This document shows positions 21,010 through 30,807 of a stretch of DNA of 64,000 nt, one piece after another. Each line of letters opens with the position of its first letter. Positions within the stretch are counted from its first letter, which is position 1. The position numbers and the translations under genes are program-made. The stretch comes from an uncultured candidatus Brocadiaceae bacterium. GTDB taxonomy: Bacteria; Planctomycetota; Brocadiia; SM23-32. The notes beneath the pieces were generated by a model. That model ran no database searches. It was not told where the DNA came from and worked only from the letters and a program-made list of their open reading frames with translations. The stretch spans positions 22,985 through 86,984 of the forward strand of contig CAZEAP010000011.1 of NCBI GenBank assembly GCA_964510315.1, written 5' to 3'.

Positions 21010-21968
21010 CTCTCCACCCGAACGTAGCGGTTGTTGATGACGGTGAGCGCCAGAATGACCAGGAACAGCAGGATGCCGATCGCGCAGGCGTATCCCGCCT
21101 TCCGCTGGATGAAGGCGTTGTGGTACATGTAGAGCCCCGGCACGAGGGCCGCTCCCCCGGGCCCTCCGGCGTTGCCCAGAAGCACGAGGATCAGCCCGTA
21201 GCCTTTAAGAACGCCTATGATCATCAGCACCAGGTTGATCCGCACCTGTGTGGCGATCAGCGGCAGCTCGATGTAGAGGAACTTCCCGAACCAGCCGACC
21301 CCGTCCAGCTCCGCGCATTCGTAGACCGAACGGGGTATCCTCTCCAGTCCCGAAAGGTAGATCAGCACGCCGATGATGCCGATCCAGGGGAACCCCCAGA
21401 ATATCAGTGCCGGAAGCACCAGCCGCTGGTCCCCCAGCCAGGCCGGGTTCTGACCCACCTTGAAGATGGTGACCTCCCCGGCGTCGAGGAACCACGCGTT
21501 GATCTGCGCCAGCAGGTTCAGCAGATGCGTGGCCTCGAGGAAGCTGTTCAGAAGACCCACCACCGGGTTGTAGAAGAACTTCCAGATCAGAAGCCCCACC
21601 ATCCAGGGGATGACCATGGGAATGACGAACAGCAGCCGGTACAGGTAGCGGATGCGGTCGCTGCTGATGCGGTGGATCACCACGGCCGTCACGATGGAAG
21701 GAATCATTTTGAACAGGCTGGCCGCGAACAGGATACCCACGATGATGAACGCTCTGCCCAGCGTGGGATCGGTGAATGCCTTCGAGTAGTTCCTCAGTCC
21801 CGTGAAGGTGGACAGCTCGTCCCCGTTCCAGCGGAAGAAGCTGTGGTAGATTCCGCTGAAGGCCGGGTAGTACATGAACATGCCGATCAGCAGGAGGGAC
21901 GGCAACAGCAGCACGTAGAGCGGCCAGTAGCTGCTGAGCTGACGGAATCCGATGCGTTTGCGGGCCAT
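21006..21968 (-). CDS. Carbohydrate ABC transporter permease (MalF/UgpA-like)
   Basis: EAA loop YECAELDGVGWFGKFLYIELP. The ATG at 21968 (MARKRIGFRQ...) has aggag upstream and clears the SBP stop at 21986. Its 3' end overlaps the downstream permease start (ATGA). Confidence 0.85.
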   Translation of the reverse strand: MARKRIGFRQLSSYWPLYVLLLPSLLLIGMFMYYPAFSGIYHSFFRWNGDELSTFTGLRNYSKAFTDPTLGRAFIIVGILFAASLFKMIPSIVTAVVIHRISSDRIRYLYRLLFVIPMVIPWMVGLLIWKFFYNPVVGLLNSFLEATHLLNLLAQINAWFLDAGEVTIFKVGQNPAWLGDQRLVLPALIFWGFPWIGIIGVLIYLSGLERIPRSVYECAELDGVGWFGKFLYIELPLIATQVRINLVLMIIGVLKGYGLILVLLGNAGGPGGAALVPGLYMYHNAFIQRKAGYACAIGILLFLVILALTVINNRYVRVER

Positions 21969-21985
21969 CTGCCCTGCTCCTGCTT

Positions 21986-23635
21986 TCAGCGTCGGCGATA
22001 CAGCCGTTTGCTCTCCACCCATGTGCGCACTTCGTGGGCGCGGGTGTTGACCTGCCCGCCGTAGCCCTCCAGGATGCGCCTGTACTGTCCTACCGGATCT
22101 CCGGTCACGGCCTCAGGCGCCCCCGCGGCGTCGTTGAAGGCCGCCCGGCGAAGGGCGGCAAACCTCATCTGCTGATCCAGCGTCTGGTCTATTCCCCGGA
22201 TGTGGTCGTCCACCCCCTCGGGCACGTTCCTCCGGAACGCCTCCATGTACTGTTGGGCGAAATCTTCGTAGCTCTTCTGTCGGGACAAAAACAGGGGGAG
22301 AAGCTGATCGTAGGCGAGGTCCATGTTGGGCGCCTGGAACTCAAGGGTCGCAGAGTAGCCCTTCACCTGGGGATCAAAGGGCTTCAGCTCCTTGCGCGGC
22401 TCGGCCCCCACCAGCGCCGGCAGCCAGAACATGCGCCGGTTCAGCTCCTCGTTGATGCGTACCGAAGAGGCGAATTGGAGGAAGTCCAGGGCCACCTCCG
22501 GATGCCGAGAGGCCTTCGTGATGCCGAACGGGAACGCCCCTCGCGTGTCGGCCTCGGTCTGCGGGCCGGCCACGTAGGGGCCGTAACGGGGGTGGTCCTT
22601 GGCCGGAAGTGGCATCCGGTAGGGGGTCACCCCGACCTCGAACTCCGCCTGCGTGGCCAGGTACAGGTAGTCCCAGCTTCCGGTGGGTATCATGGCCGCG
22701 TGGCCCTGCATGAACAGGAAGGCCACCTCGTCGCGGTCCAGGGACGTGGCACCCGGCGGGGAGTAATCCGATATTTCCCGCAGCAACTCGAAGTTGGCCC
22801 GAATGGCCGGCTCCTCCATCTTTATCCGGCCGGAGTAGAGGGCCCCTGCCGACTCCAACCGACTGACCTCCCCGTCGAAGTTGGTGTCCAGCTCGCCCAG
22901 GTAGCCCGCCGTCATGGCGGTCCGGTAGCTGTCCACCAACCGATCGAAGCTGTACTGGGAGCCGCCGATGGGCACAAAGTCCTCCCTCCCCAGCTTCTCC
23001 AGTCCCTCGCACAGGTCGATGAACCCCTCGTAGGTGTTGGGGAACTCCGAGCCCTTCTCCTCGGGCGGCCAGACCTCGGCGATGATCTCCTTGTTGTAGT
23101 ACAGCCTCTGAGTAAACGCGGACAGAGGGACGCGGAAGTAGCTCTTAAGTGTTTCCTGGTAGCCCCCCTCCATTTCGTCGAAGTAGGTCAGCCGCCAGGG
23201 CAACTCCTCCCACCGGGTGCCCTTGTTATACGGGTTGGTTTGGTCGACGTACTCGTTGAGCGGCATGAAGTAGCGGGCGTAGAACTTCTCCCACAACTGG
23301 GTGGGGCCCATCCCACATTCAACCATGTCAGGGGCGGTCCCGCCGATGAGCTGGGTGTTGACCCACCGGAAGTAGCCTTCCTCGGGGATCGGTATCTGGC
23401 GGACCTCCACGTTGGGGTGTTCCTTGCGGTACTCCTCTATCAGCCAGTTCACGGCGTCCCGAATGCCCGGCTCCAACTGCCAGTGAGCGATGCGGAGGAC
23501 GACTTTCTTCGTCTCCTCACCGCCGCCGCGGGCCCGCAAGACATTGTAACCCACAACCATACAGGCGAGCAGGTACACGACGATCAACAGCAGGAGCGCC
23601 GGATACTTCTTCAGTTTGGCATAGTCCGGGCTCAT
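21986..23635 (-). CDS. Extracellular solute-binding protein (family 1 sugar SBP), unusually large, with an N-terminal signal anchor
   Basis: Start MSPDYAKLKKYPALLLLIVVYLLACMVVG at 23635 overlaps the stop of the upstream TPR gene (ATGA). The remainder resembles sugar-binding SBPs. Confidence 0.8.
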   Translation of the reverse strand: MSPDYAKLKKYPALLLLIVVYLLACMVVGYNVLRARGGGEETKKVVLRIAHWQLEPGIRDAVNWLIEEYRKEHPNVEVRQIPIPEEGYFRWVNTQLIGGTAPDMVECGMGPTQLWEKFYARYFMPLNEYVDQTNPYNKGTRWEELPWRLTYFDEMEGGYQETLKSYFRVPLSAFTQRLYYNKEIIAEVWPPEEKGSEFPNTYEGFIDLCEGLEKLGREDFVPIGGSQYSFDRLVDSYRTAMTAGYLGELDTNFDGEVSRLESAGALYSGRIKMEEPAIRANFELLREISDYSPPGATSLDRDEVAFLFMQGHAAMIPTGSWDYLYLATQAEFEVGVTPYRMPLPAKDHPRYGPYVAGPQTEADTRGAFPFGITKASRHPEVALDFLQFASSVRINEELNRRMFWLPALVGAEPRKELKPFDPQVKGYSATLEFQAPNMDLAYDQLLPLFLSRQKSYEDFAQQYMEAFRRNVPEGVDDHIRGIDQTLDQQMRFAALRRAAFNDAAGAPEAVTGDPVGQYRRILEGYGGQVNTRAHEVRTWVESKRLYRRR

Positions 23636-24480
23636 GCCGCCCCTCCCCCATCGGCTCTCAGCCGGCGCAAGCGTTCCAGGCTCTCGGTGGCCCTGTGGTA
23701 GAGGACGTGGCGCTTCGATTCCTCCACGAACCGCCCATAGTACTCTTCTGCCAGCTCGTAGTCCTTCAGCTCTTTCTCGGCGAGGCGGGCGACCTGCCAT
23801 CGGAGCGTGCTCCGGGTCCGGGCGGATTCTATGCCGCTCTCCAGCGCCGCCCGGAACTGCTCGACCGCCTCCTCGTGCTCTCCCTTTCCCACGTGCCTCG
23901 CCCCGAGCATCATGTGCATCACCGCCGCCAGCGGGTTCTCCGGCCGGCGTTCCAGCCAGTCACGCAGAACCTCCATCCCCTTCCGGGTGCGCTCCGGCGG
24001 GGGGACGGCGAAGCCTCCCACGCTTTTGGGGTCGGGCTCGGCGCTGAAGTAGATCTGGGCCGTGTGGATCACCGACTCGTCCGCCTCCGGGGACTCCGGA
24101 TACTCCGTCCGCAACCGCAAGAGCGTCTCCAGGGCTTCCTCCCGTCGTCCCGTCCGCCGACGTATCTGGGCTTCCCCCAGGAGGCCGAGAGGCCCGGCTC
24201 CCTCCACCGGCAGCTCCTGAAGCCTCTCGTAGTAGCCGGCAGCCGCCGGCAAGTCCGGGTCCGGCCGCCATTGAAGGGTCGTGGCCAGCCCCAGCATGGC
24301 GGAGAAACGCTGCCTGTCGGTGGCGACGTCCGCCTGCGCCACACGACGGAAGTTCTCCACGGCTATGTCCCAGTCGCCGGTAGAGTAGGAACGCCACGCC
24401 CCTGCGAGCAAACCGTCCAGCTCGGATTCGGTCAACTCCACTCCGCAGGCCGGCAGCAACACCAGGCAGGCGGCCACCAT
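23632..24480 (-). CDS. TPR-repeat protein with a probable lipoprotein signal
   Basis: MVAACLVLLPAC...; several TPR-like helical pairs (YYERLQEL, ALETLLRLRTEYPESPEADESVIHTAQIYF, EEAVEQFRAALE). Confidence 0.7.
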   Translation of the reverse strand: MVAACLVLLPACGVELTESELDGLLAGAWRSYSTGDWDIAVENFRRVAQADVATDRQRFSAMLGLATTLQWRPDPDLPAAAGYYERLQELPVEGAGPLGLLGEAQIRRRTGRREEALETLLRLRTEYPESPEADESVIHTAQIYFSAEPDPKSVGGFAVPPPERTRKGMEVLRDWLERRPENPLAAVMHMMLGARHVGKGEHEEAVEQFRAALESGIESARTRSTLRWQVARLAEKELKDYELAEEYYGRFVEESKRHVLYHRATESLERLRRLRADGGGAA

Positions 24481-24691
24481 GATGATGATTGTTTCGCGAA
24501 TGGACGTTTTCTCCGAAACATGACCGACAAACTAAAGAGGCACCGTCACTAATTTACCGGGAACGCTAAAGGTGTCAAGTTAAGGCGTCTCAGCGGACAC
24601 CTTGACGGCGGAGGCCTTTTCGATTAGAAAACTCGCGTCGCCGGACGCGGGTCCCCCGGCGGCAGTGCGGCGTCCTGTAACCGGAGGCACC

Positions 24692-25618
24692 ATGTATCGC
24701 TCTGGGAAGGCGGCGTTCATATGTGGGCTCTTTGCGGCCCTGTTCTGGAGCCCCCACTTCCGGATGGTTCAGCGCATCCGGGCCGCCGAGGTTTCCCCGC
24801 CCCTTCTGGTGCTCAGTTTCTACGTTCTACTCGGCGCTGCGGCTTTCCTGATCCTGCTTCTGTTCCTTGCGGGGAAACTTTCGGAGCTGGACGTTTTCCG
24901 CCGCCGGGAAACGCGCTTCCTCATCCTGGCGGCCACAGGAGGCTACGGTTTCTGGGTGTTCCGCGCGCTCGCCCTGGAGCGGGCGGATGCTTCCATGGCT
25001 TTTGTGCTCTTTGCGGCGACCCCGGTGGCCATCGGCGTCTTCAGCGCCTTCGGTCGGGAGAAGGCGAGCGGAGGGGGATTCGTGGGTCTGCTTCTCGGCT
25101 TCGTTGGGTGCATCATGCTCTCCTCCCCCGCCGACCGGCTCACCGGCGGCCTCCCCGCGGTCCTGCTGGGTGCCGGCGCCGCGACCTGCTGGGCAGTGTT
25201 CTCACTCGCTGCACGCCCGCTGGCACGGCAGGAGAAGGCGTTGCCGACCGCAGCCGTGGTTACGGGCATCGGCGCCGCCTGCCTGCTGGTGACCTGCCTG
25301 AGCACCGGCGAGAGCATCGGGAACATCCAGCCGGCCCAGGCCGGCCTCGCCCTCGCCCTGGGGGCCGTAACGGTTGGGCTGATGACCACGTTCTGGCTGA
25401 AGTGCCTGGCCGGGGTTCCAGCCGTGGTGGCCGCGCCGCTGTGGTACGTCGGCGTATTGCTGGGCACCATCTGGGGCGTGCTGGGCATGGGCGAGCCCCG
25501 ACCGAAGCTGTGGTGGCTCTTCGGGGCCGCCGTGCTGATAGGGCTGGGCCTGCACAGCGCCTGGTCAGGACGTGGCCGCCGCAGGGGAACCCTCAGCGAC
25601 ATCATTCGAAGCTCATAA
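24692..25618 (+). CDS. DMT-superfamily (EamA-like) transporter
   Basis: ~10 TM helices in two halves (FILLLFLAG, ILAATGGYGFWVFRALALE, then a repeated half). ATG at 24692. Confidence 0.75.
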   Translation: MYRSGKAAFICGLFAALFWSPHFRMVQRIRAAEVSPPLLVLSFYVLLGAAAFLILLLFLAGKLSELDVFRRRETRFLILAATGGYGFWVFRALALERADASMAFVLFAATPVAIGVFSAFGREKASGGGFVGLLLGFVGCIMLSSPADRLTGGLPAVLLGAGAATCWAVFSLAARPLARQEKALPTAAVVTGIGAACLLVTCLSTGESIGNIQPAQAGLALALGAVTVGLMTTFWLKCLAGVPAVVAAPLWYVGVLLGTIWGVLGMGEPRPKLWWLFGAAVLIGLGLHSAWSGRGRRRGTLSDIIRSS

Positions 25619-26762
25619 CCCACCTCGCCGCCGCCCGGCCCACCCCCCGTCCGATCGACCGGTAGTCCTCCCGACCGATCGGCCCATCCTCGTAAAGGGC
25701 GTGGTAGGAGGTCTCCAGGGAGACCCCCGGAACGCCGTCCAGCGCGTCCCAGACCCAGCTTCCCAGGGTCTGCGCGGTGGACCAACGGGACGGATAATTC
25801 GGCACGCGAGAGAGGCGTTCCGCCGGCAACTCGGGGAACTCAGCGGCAAGGCGCGGCAGGAAGCCCTCAACAATCCGTCGCTGGCGGGAGGGCCGCTCCT
25901 CCCCGGGCAGGAAGTAGTAGAGCCCCCGTTCGCCGCCTCCGGGCGCATGCAGGTCCAGCACCAGGAGCCGCTGCACCCGGTCTGCGAAACGGCGTATGTC
26001 CCGCTGAATCGCCAGAATCTCGGGGCGCAGGGTGAGGCTGCTCCAGGTCCGGTTGAAGTCACGCGGCAGGGCATCCTTGCCGTAATCGCCCTCCGTCACG
26101 CCGTCCAGGTCCACAAAGGGCGCGGCGCGCCAGCGCAGCTCTTGCAGGGGGAGGTCCCCTTCGGGCTCCGCCACGGCGCGCAGAACACCATCCAGCACCC
26201 ACGAACCGGGGGTCTCGCCGGCGTGCTGACGCGCGCACAGGTAAACGCCCCTCTCTCCGTTCTCTGCCCCTGTGCGGGCTTCCACCGCCGGTAGCACCCG
26301 GCCCCCGCCGGTCAGCCCGAGGTGTTCTTCGGTCCAGATTCCCTCCAGTTCCGCCACCGTGCGGCGGAACTCTTCCGGGCCGTAAGGGTAGCAGAAGGCC
26401 GCCGCCGCACGGTCACAGGGCGCCGGGGTCTCGACTGCGAGCATCCATCCACCGGCAGGCGACTCCTCCAACTCCGTCGTGCTGGCGCGCCGCCACTCGC
26501 CCTTATCGAGCCGGACGACCGGTCGGACGTTCCCGAGGCTCTCCTCCGAGCCGAGGCCGAGGCAGGAACCGGCATTCTGCCAGAGGAAACGCACCGTCCG
26601 TCCTCCCGAGCCCTCCGCCTCCAAATGAAACCACAGGGGCTGGGGGCTGGTGCGGGGCTCGGACATGAACCGCACCGTCCAGCGGTCCCCCTCCAGGCTC
26701 ACCTCGGTCACCACGCCGTTGCCGCAGGTCTCCGCGGCGCCCGCCTTCAGTTCCTCTGCCAT
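25602..26762 (-). CDS. M14-family zinc carboxypeptidase-like protein (cytosolic; no signal peptide) with an extra N-terminal domain
   Basis: HAGE zinc-ligand motif in LCARQHAGETPGSW, with later His/Glu residues. ggagg lies upstream of the ATG at 26762. Confidence 0.6.
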   Translation of the reverse strand: MAEELKAGAAETCGNGVVTEVSLEGDRWTVRFMSEPRTSPQPLWFHLEAEGSGGRTVRFLWQNAGSCLGLGSEESLGNVRPVVRLDKGEWRRASTTELEESPAGGWMLAVETPAPCDRAAAAFCYPYGPEEFRRTVAELEGIWTEEHLGLTGGGRVLPAVEARTGAENGERGVYLCARQHAGETPGSWVLDGVLRAVAEPEGDLPLQELRWRAAPFVDLDGVTEGDYGKDALPRDFNRTWSSLTLRPEILAIQRDIRRFADRVQRLLVLDLHAPGGGERGLYYFLPGEERPSRQRRIVEGFLPRLAAEFPELPAERLSRVPNYPSRWSTAQTLGSWVWDALDGVPGVSLETSYHALYEDGPIGREDYRSIGRGVGRAAARWVMSFE

Positions 26763-27230
26763 CTCCGTTCCTCCGCCATCTCAGCTCAGCGTGTGGTGTT
26801 GCGCGGCCCGCCGTGCACTATAGCGTCTCCGCCGCAGCGCCGTCCAGCCGAGCCGGGATCTGCCCGGCGCCGACTGCGATCGCCGCCGCGGGGGCGCGAA
26901 GGACAGACGCAGAGGGACGCAGAGTAACGACAAAGGATAAGAAGAACTACGGAACAGGAAGGCATGTTCGGCTCAAACGCACTGCCCGAGCGGGGCGGGG
27001 TCGCGCTGCAGAGCCGGCTTGTGGCGCGGACATCCTTGCCCGCCGTGCGGCTTATCTCGGGACAACCTGGGGATGAGTCACCGGCAAGAGGTGTTGAAGC
27101 CGGGGCCGCCATGGGACTATAATCGGTGCGTTGGCCATCGGAGCCTGTTTTTCGCACCGCCGCCTGCGCGGAGCGAAGCAGTGGCGCCGTATCGGCGAAA
27201 CACGGCACTCACCGGGGGAGGCGACAGGAC

Positions 27231-28604
27231 ATGGGCTCCCTGAACGAGTATTTTGAGATCCGTGAACGCGGAAGCACGGTCGGACGGGAGGTCCTGGGCG
27301 GGGCCACCACTTTCATGGCCCTCTCCTACATCATCTTCGTGCAGCCGGCCATGATGGAGGCCGCCGGTATACCCCCCGCAGGCGCCTTCGTAGCCACCTG
27401 CGTGGCCAGCGCCGTGGCGTGCATCCTGATGGGCCTGCTGGCGAACTACCCCATCGCGCTGGCCCCGGCCATGGGTCACAACGCTTACTTCACCTACGCC
27501 GTCGTGCTGGGAATGGGTTTTTCCTGGCAGCAGGGCCTGACGGCTGTGTTCATCGGCGGCTGCGTGTTCCTGGTGCTCTCGTTCTTCGGCTTTCGGGCCC
27601 GGATCATGGAGTTCATACCGGACAGCCTGAAAAGGGCCATCGCGGGAGGCATCGGGCTTCTGATAACCCTGATCGGGCTGGAGTACGCCGGGATCATCGT
27701 CGGCGCACCCGCCACCGCCGTCAAATTCGGTGACATCGCCAGCCCGGTGGCGGTGCTGGCGGTCTTCGGCCTGGCGGTTACGCTGATCCTGATGGCCCTG
27801 CGAGTCAGGGGCGCCGTGCTGTTCGGGATAGGGGCCACGGCACTGGCCGGTCTGATTGCCACCCTCGCCGGTGTCACGGTGGAGGGCCAGGGCCTGCTGA
27901 ATCTGAAGCTGAACACCTACGAGGCTCTGGGCAGCTCCAAGTCCCTTTTGGCGCTCGACTTCGACGGCCTTTTCACGGCACAGGGCGCGTTCACCGTCAT
28001 CCTGACGTTCCTGTTCCTTGACGTATTCGACACCGTGGGAACACTCCTGGGAGTGAGTGAACGGGCAGGGCTGCTGGACGAGCAGGGCCGGCTGCCCGGC
28101 GCGCGATGGGCGCTCTTCAGCGACGCCGGCGGGACGGTGGTCGGTTCGCTGATGGGCACCAGCACCATAACCAGCTACGTGGAGAGCGCGGCGGGCGTGC
28201 AGGCCGGCGCCCGAACGGGCCTGGCTAACCTGGTCACCGCCGGGCTCTTCCTGGTCTCCATCCTGGCCTATCCTCTCCTGGCCGTGGTGGCGACTTCCCA
28301 CTCCTATACGGCCGAAGGCTTCCGGATTAGTCAGTACCCCGTGATCGCGCCCGCCCTCATCGTGGTGGGCTCGATGATGCTCAAGGCGCTGGCGAAGCTG
28401 AAGTGGGACGACCCCACCGAGTACCTCCCCGCCTTCCTGACCGTCGTGATGATGCCCCTGGCGGTGAGCATCACCGAGGGTATCGCTTTCGGATTTATCT
28501 CCTACTGCGTGCTGAAGCTGGTAACCGGCCGGGCGCGGGAGGCACACTGGGGACTTTACGTGATTGCGGCTGTTCTGGTGCTGCGCTACATCTTCCTGAT
28601 GTGA
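27231..28604 (+). CDS. NCS2-family nucleobase permease (AzgA-like adenine/guanine/hypoxanthine permease)
   Basis: MGSLNEYFEIRERGSTVGREVLGGATTFMALSYIIFVQP is the typical AzgA N-terminus; 12-14 TM helices. ATG at 27231 is preceded by gggggagg. Confidence 0.85.
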   Translation: MGSLNEYFEIRERGSTVGREVLGGATTFMALSYIIFVQPAMMEAAGIPPAGAFVATCVASAVACILMGLLANYPIALAPAMGHNAYFTYAVVLGMGFSWQQGLTAVFIGGCVFLVLSFFGFRARIMEFIPDSLKRAIAGGIGLLITLIGLEYAGIIVGAPATAVKFGDIASPVAVLAVFGLAVTLILMALRVRGAVLFGIGATALAGLIATLAGVTVEGQGLLNLKLNTYEALGSSKSLLALDFDGLFTAQGAFTVILTFLFLDVFDTVGTLLGVSERAGLLDEQGRLPGARWALFSDAGGTVVGSLMGTSTITSYVESAAGVQAGARTGLANLVTAGLFLVSILAYPLLAVVATSHSYTAEGFRISQYPVIAPALIVVGSMMLKALAKLKWDDPTEYLPAFLTVVMMPLAVSITEGIAFGFISYCVLKLVTGRAREAHWGLYVIAAVLVLRYIFLM

Positions 28605-28622
28605 GGAAAGGCCGAGACCAAA

Positions 28623-28985
28623 ATGCCGGACGGCAGAGCATTCCTCCGGGTCAGCCGGGGGACGGACAAAGGCAAGGGCTGGCACCTGGAACCGGACGAG
28701 GCATATACCATCGGCCGAAGCCGGCGTTGCAGCCTGCGGCTCAGCGACCCCACCGTCTCCGCCACCCACGGCGCCATCAAGTGCCGGGACGGCGTCTGGT
28801 TTATCTCCGATCGGGAGAGCAGTCATGGCATCCACGTCAACCGGCAGCGCATCATGGCCGACAAACCGTTGTTCGACAGGGACCGGATCAGGATGGGGAA
28901 GACCTACCTGGAATTTCGGGAATACGAAGAACTGGATCCCGACGTGCTGGCGGAGATCGAACGAGGCGTGAAGCTGCCCGAGTGA
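28623..28985 (+). CDS. FHA-domain protein
   Basis: 120 aa with YTIGRSRRCSLRLSDPTVSATHGAI...GVWFISDRESSHGIHVNRQRI, matching the FHA fingerprint (G-R...S..HA, SxxGT/S..N). Located 19 nt after the permease. Confidence 0.8.
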   Translation: MPDGRAFLRVSRGTDKGKGWHLEPDEAYTIGRSRRCSLRLSDPTVSATHGAIKCRDGVWFISDRESSHGIHVNRQRIMADKPLFDRDRIRMGKTYLEFREYEELDPDVLAEIERGVKLPE

Positions 28986-29047
28986 GCGCAGGCGGCCGGG
29001 GCGCACCCTGAAGAACCGACATAGGCAAGACCAAGCGGAGCCACCCG

Positions 29048-29764
29048 ATGAACCAGCATCTCATTGAGGAACTGCTGGCCTCCTGGCCGTGTGCGGCCGT
29101 GTTCCGGATTTTCGCCGCGGCTCTGCTCGGGGGGGCTATCGGCTGGGAAAGGGAGCGGCATGGGCGCGCCGCCGGCCTGCGCACTCACACCCTGCTGGCA
29201 CTGGGCTGTGCGCTGATCATGCTGGTCTCCCTGCACATACCGGCCATCTTCGCCCGGCATTCTGCGGGAAGCGTTATCCGGGTCGACCCCGGCCGGATAG
29301 CGGGCCACGCGCTCAGCGGGTTGGGCTTCCTGGGGGCCGGCGCTATCATCGTGCTGGGCAAGAAAATCCGCGGCCTCACCACGGCCGCCTCCATCTGGGT
29401 TTCGGCGGCCATCGGACTGGCCATTGGGGCCGGCTATCTCATCCCCGCCTTCGTCACCTGGCTGCTCGCCATGTTCGCCCTCCTGGTGGTGCACGACCTG
29501 GAGGCTCGCATGGAAAAGAAGGACCGCTACGTGTCCCTGTCTTTGGGCTTCTCAAGCCCCGGCCGGCGACAGGGGGAGATCGTCGAGCTGCTGGAGGGTT
29601 TCGGCTTCAACGTGCTGAACTGCCGGCCGAACCGCCGCGCGGACGAGATGGTCTACGAGCTGGTCCTGCGTTACCAGCGGGAGATCGATTTCGAGGACGT
29701 TACGGCCGCCCTCAGTGCGGCCTTACGGCACGAGGCAATCGAGCGGGTGGAGTGGTCTTCCTGA
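29048..29764 (+). CDS. MgtC/SapB-family membrane protein
   Basis: FRIFAAALLGGAIGWEREXXGRAAGLRTHTLLALGCALIM is the conserved MgtC N-terminal block; a C-terminal ACT-like soluble domain is present. Confidence 0.85.
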   Translation: MNQHLIEELLASWPCAAVFRIFAAALLGGAIGWERERHGRAAGLRTHTLLALGCALIMLVSLHIPAIFARHSAGSVIRVDPGRIAGHALSGLGFLGAGAIIVLGKKIRGLTTAASIWVSAAIGLAIGAGYLIPAFVTWLLAMFALLVVHDLEARMEKKDRYVSLSLGFSSPGRRQGEIVELLEGFGFNVLNCRPNRRADEMVYELVLRYQREIDFEDVTAALSAALRHEAIERVEWSS

Positions 29765-29779
29765 GGCCCCCGGATCGGC

Positions 29780-30562
29780 TCACTTCCTCTTGTGGTAGTT
29801 CTTGTTTATTCCGCAGGCCTTCCGGGCTGCCGTCCAGGTACCGAAGTACTTACAGGCCGCGCTGTAGAGCGAGGAGTGATTCTGTCTCATGTTGGGAGCG
29901 GCCAGGTCCACGCCCTGCTGGTGGAGCCCGCTGATCTCCTCCATGATGAGTTCCGAACTCCAGCGACGGCGCTTGTAGACACTCTCCGGATCGATGTCCG
30001 CCGCCTCCAACGCTTTGTCCCACCCCCCAAAATAGTTGAGCGCGGCGTTGAACAGCTTGGACTGGTTGTCCTGCATTGCCTTGGAATTCAGGGGCTTACC
30101 CGCCTCTTGCCGCTCGCGTATTTGGCGAACGATCTTTTCCTCGTTCCACGACTCGTAGCGTCTGACTTCGGAGGGATCGATCCCGGCGGCCCTCAGCGCG
30201 TCATCCCAACTGCCGAACTGGTTGTCCCGGATGGCCGCGTAGGCCAACGCGGAGAAACGCCGGTCCGTGGTCACGCTGGTCCAGGAAAGGTCCTCCCCCG
30301 CCGCCCAGGCCTCTTGAATCTGACGGATGATCCTCTCCTCGGTCCACTTCGGGATCTTGCGCACGTCCCGCGCGTAGTCCAGACCGGCCGCGTCCACCGC
30401 CTCTCCCCAGCCTCCGAAATGGTAGTTCGCGGCCGCCAGCAATCCCTGCTGCTCGCGGGCCATGCAATTATAGGAGAGGTCCTGACCTTCGGCGGCCAGT
30501 TCCTTAATGCGGCTGACTATCTTGCCTCTGTTCCAACCTTTTTCTTTGCGTTCCTCGCCCAT
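29780..30562 (-). CDS. Hypothetical protein built from four tandem ~60-aa repeats (W-x-E-x-I...G..L...FG.W..A...AG.D)
   Basis: Four repeats begin at GWNRGKIVSRIKEL / WTEERIIRQIQEAW / WNEEKIVRQIRERQ / WSSELIMEEISGLH. Each ends with (Y/N)(H/Y)FG(G/S/T)W..A..AAG(L/I)D. The ATG at 30562 is preceded by gaggaagg. Confidence 0.7.
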   Translation of the reverse strand: MGEERKEKGWNRGKIVSRIKELAAEGQDLSYNCMAREQQGLLAAANYHFGGWGEAVDAAGLDYARDVRKIPKWTEERIIRQIQEAWAAGEDLSWTSVTTDRRFSALAYAAIRDNQFGSWDDALRAAGIDPSEVRRYESWNEEKIVRQIRERQEAGKPLNSKAMQDNQSKLFNAALNYFGGWDKALEAADIDPESVYKRRRWSSELIMEEISGLHQQGVDLAAPNMRQNHSSLYSAACKYFGTWTAARKACGINKNYHKRK

Positions 30563-30807
30563 TGCGCCTTCCTCAAGCCCAGCAGAATACCCGGGTTACC
30601 CCCGGCTGGGAAAATACTTCCCTTCCTTGCATCTCCATCGTAGCGGGCTTTTAGCTGGGCCGTCAAGAAAATCGAAATAGACGCACCTTCTAACCGGTAT
30701 TTCGCTCCGACCGCTTCCCCACCCCGGGCATGGCACCCCCGGCGGCGCCCCGATAGAATGGTACCGTCCTCCCGGCGACACGATTCGAGATCAAGGAAGT
30801 CCGATCC

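Noticed and set aside
27100-27230. Possible purine riboswitch upstream of the NCS2 purine permease (the leader contains UAUAAUCGG and a 7-bp stem cggtgcg...cgcaccg)
   Set aside because: The enclosed segment is too long and lacks the P2/L2 and J2-3 (GUUUCUACC) conserved elements of the purine aptamer. The region is also the divergent promoter region of the M14 peptidase gene. A covariance-model scan would be needed to revive this.
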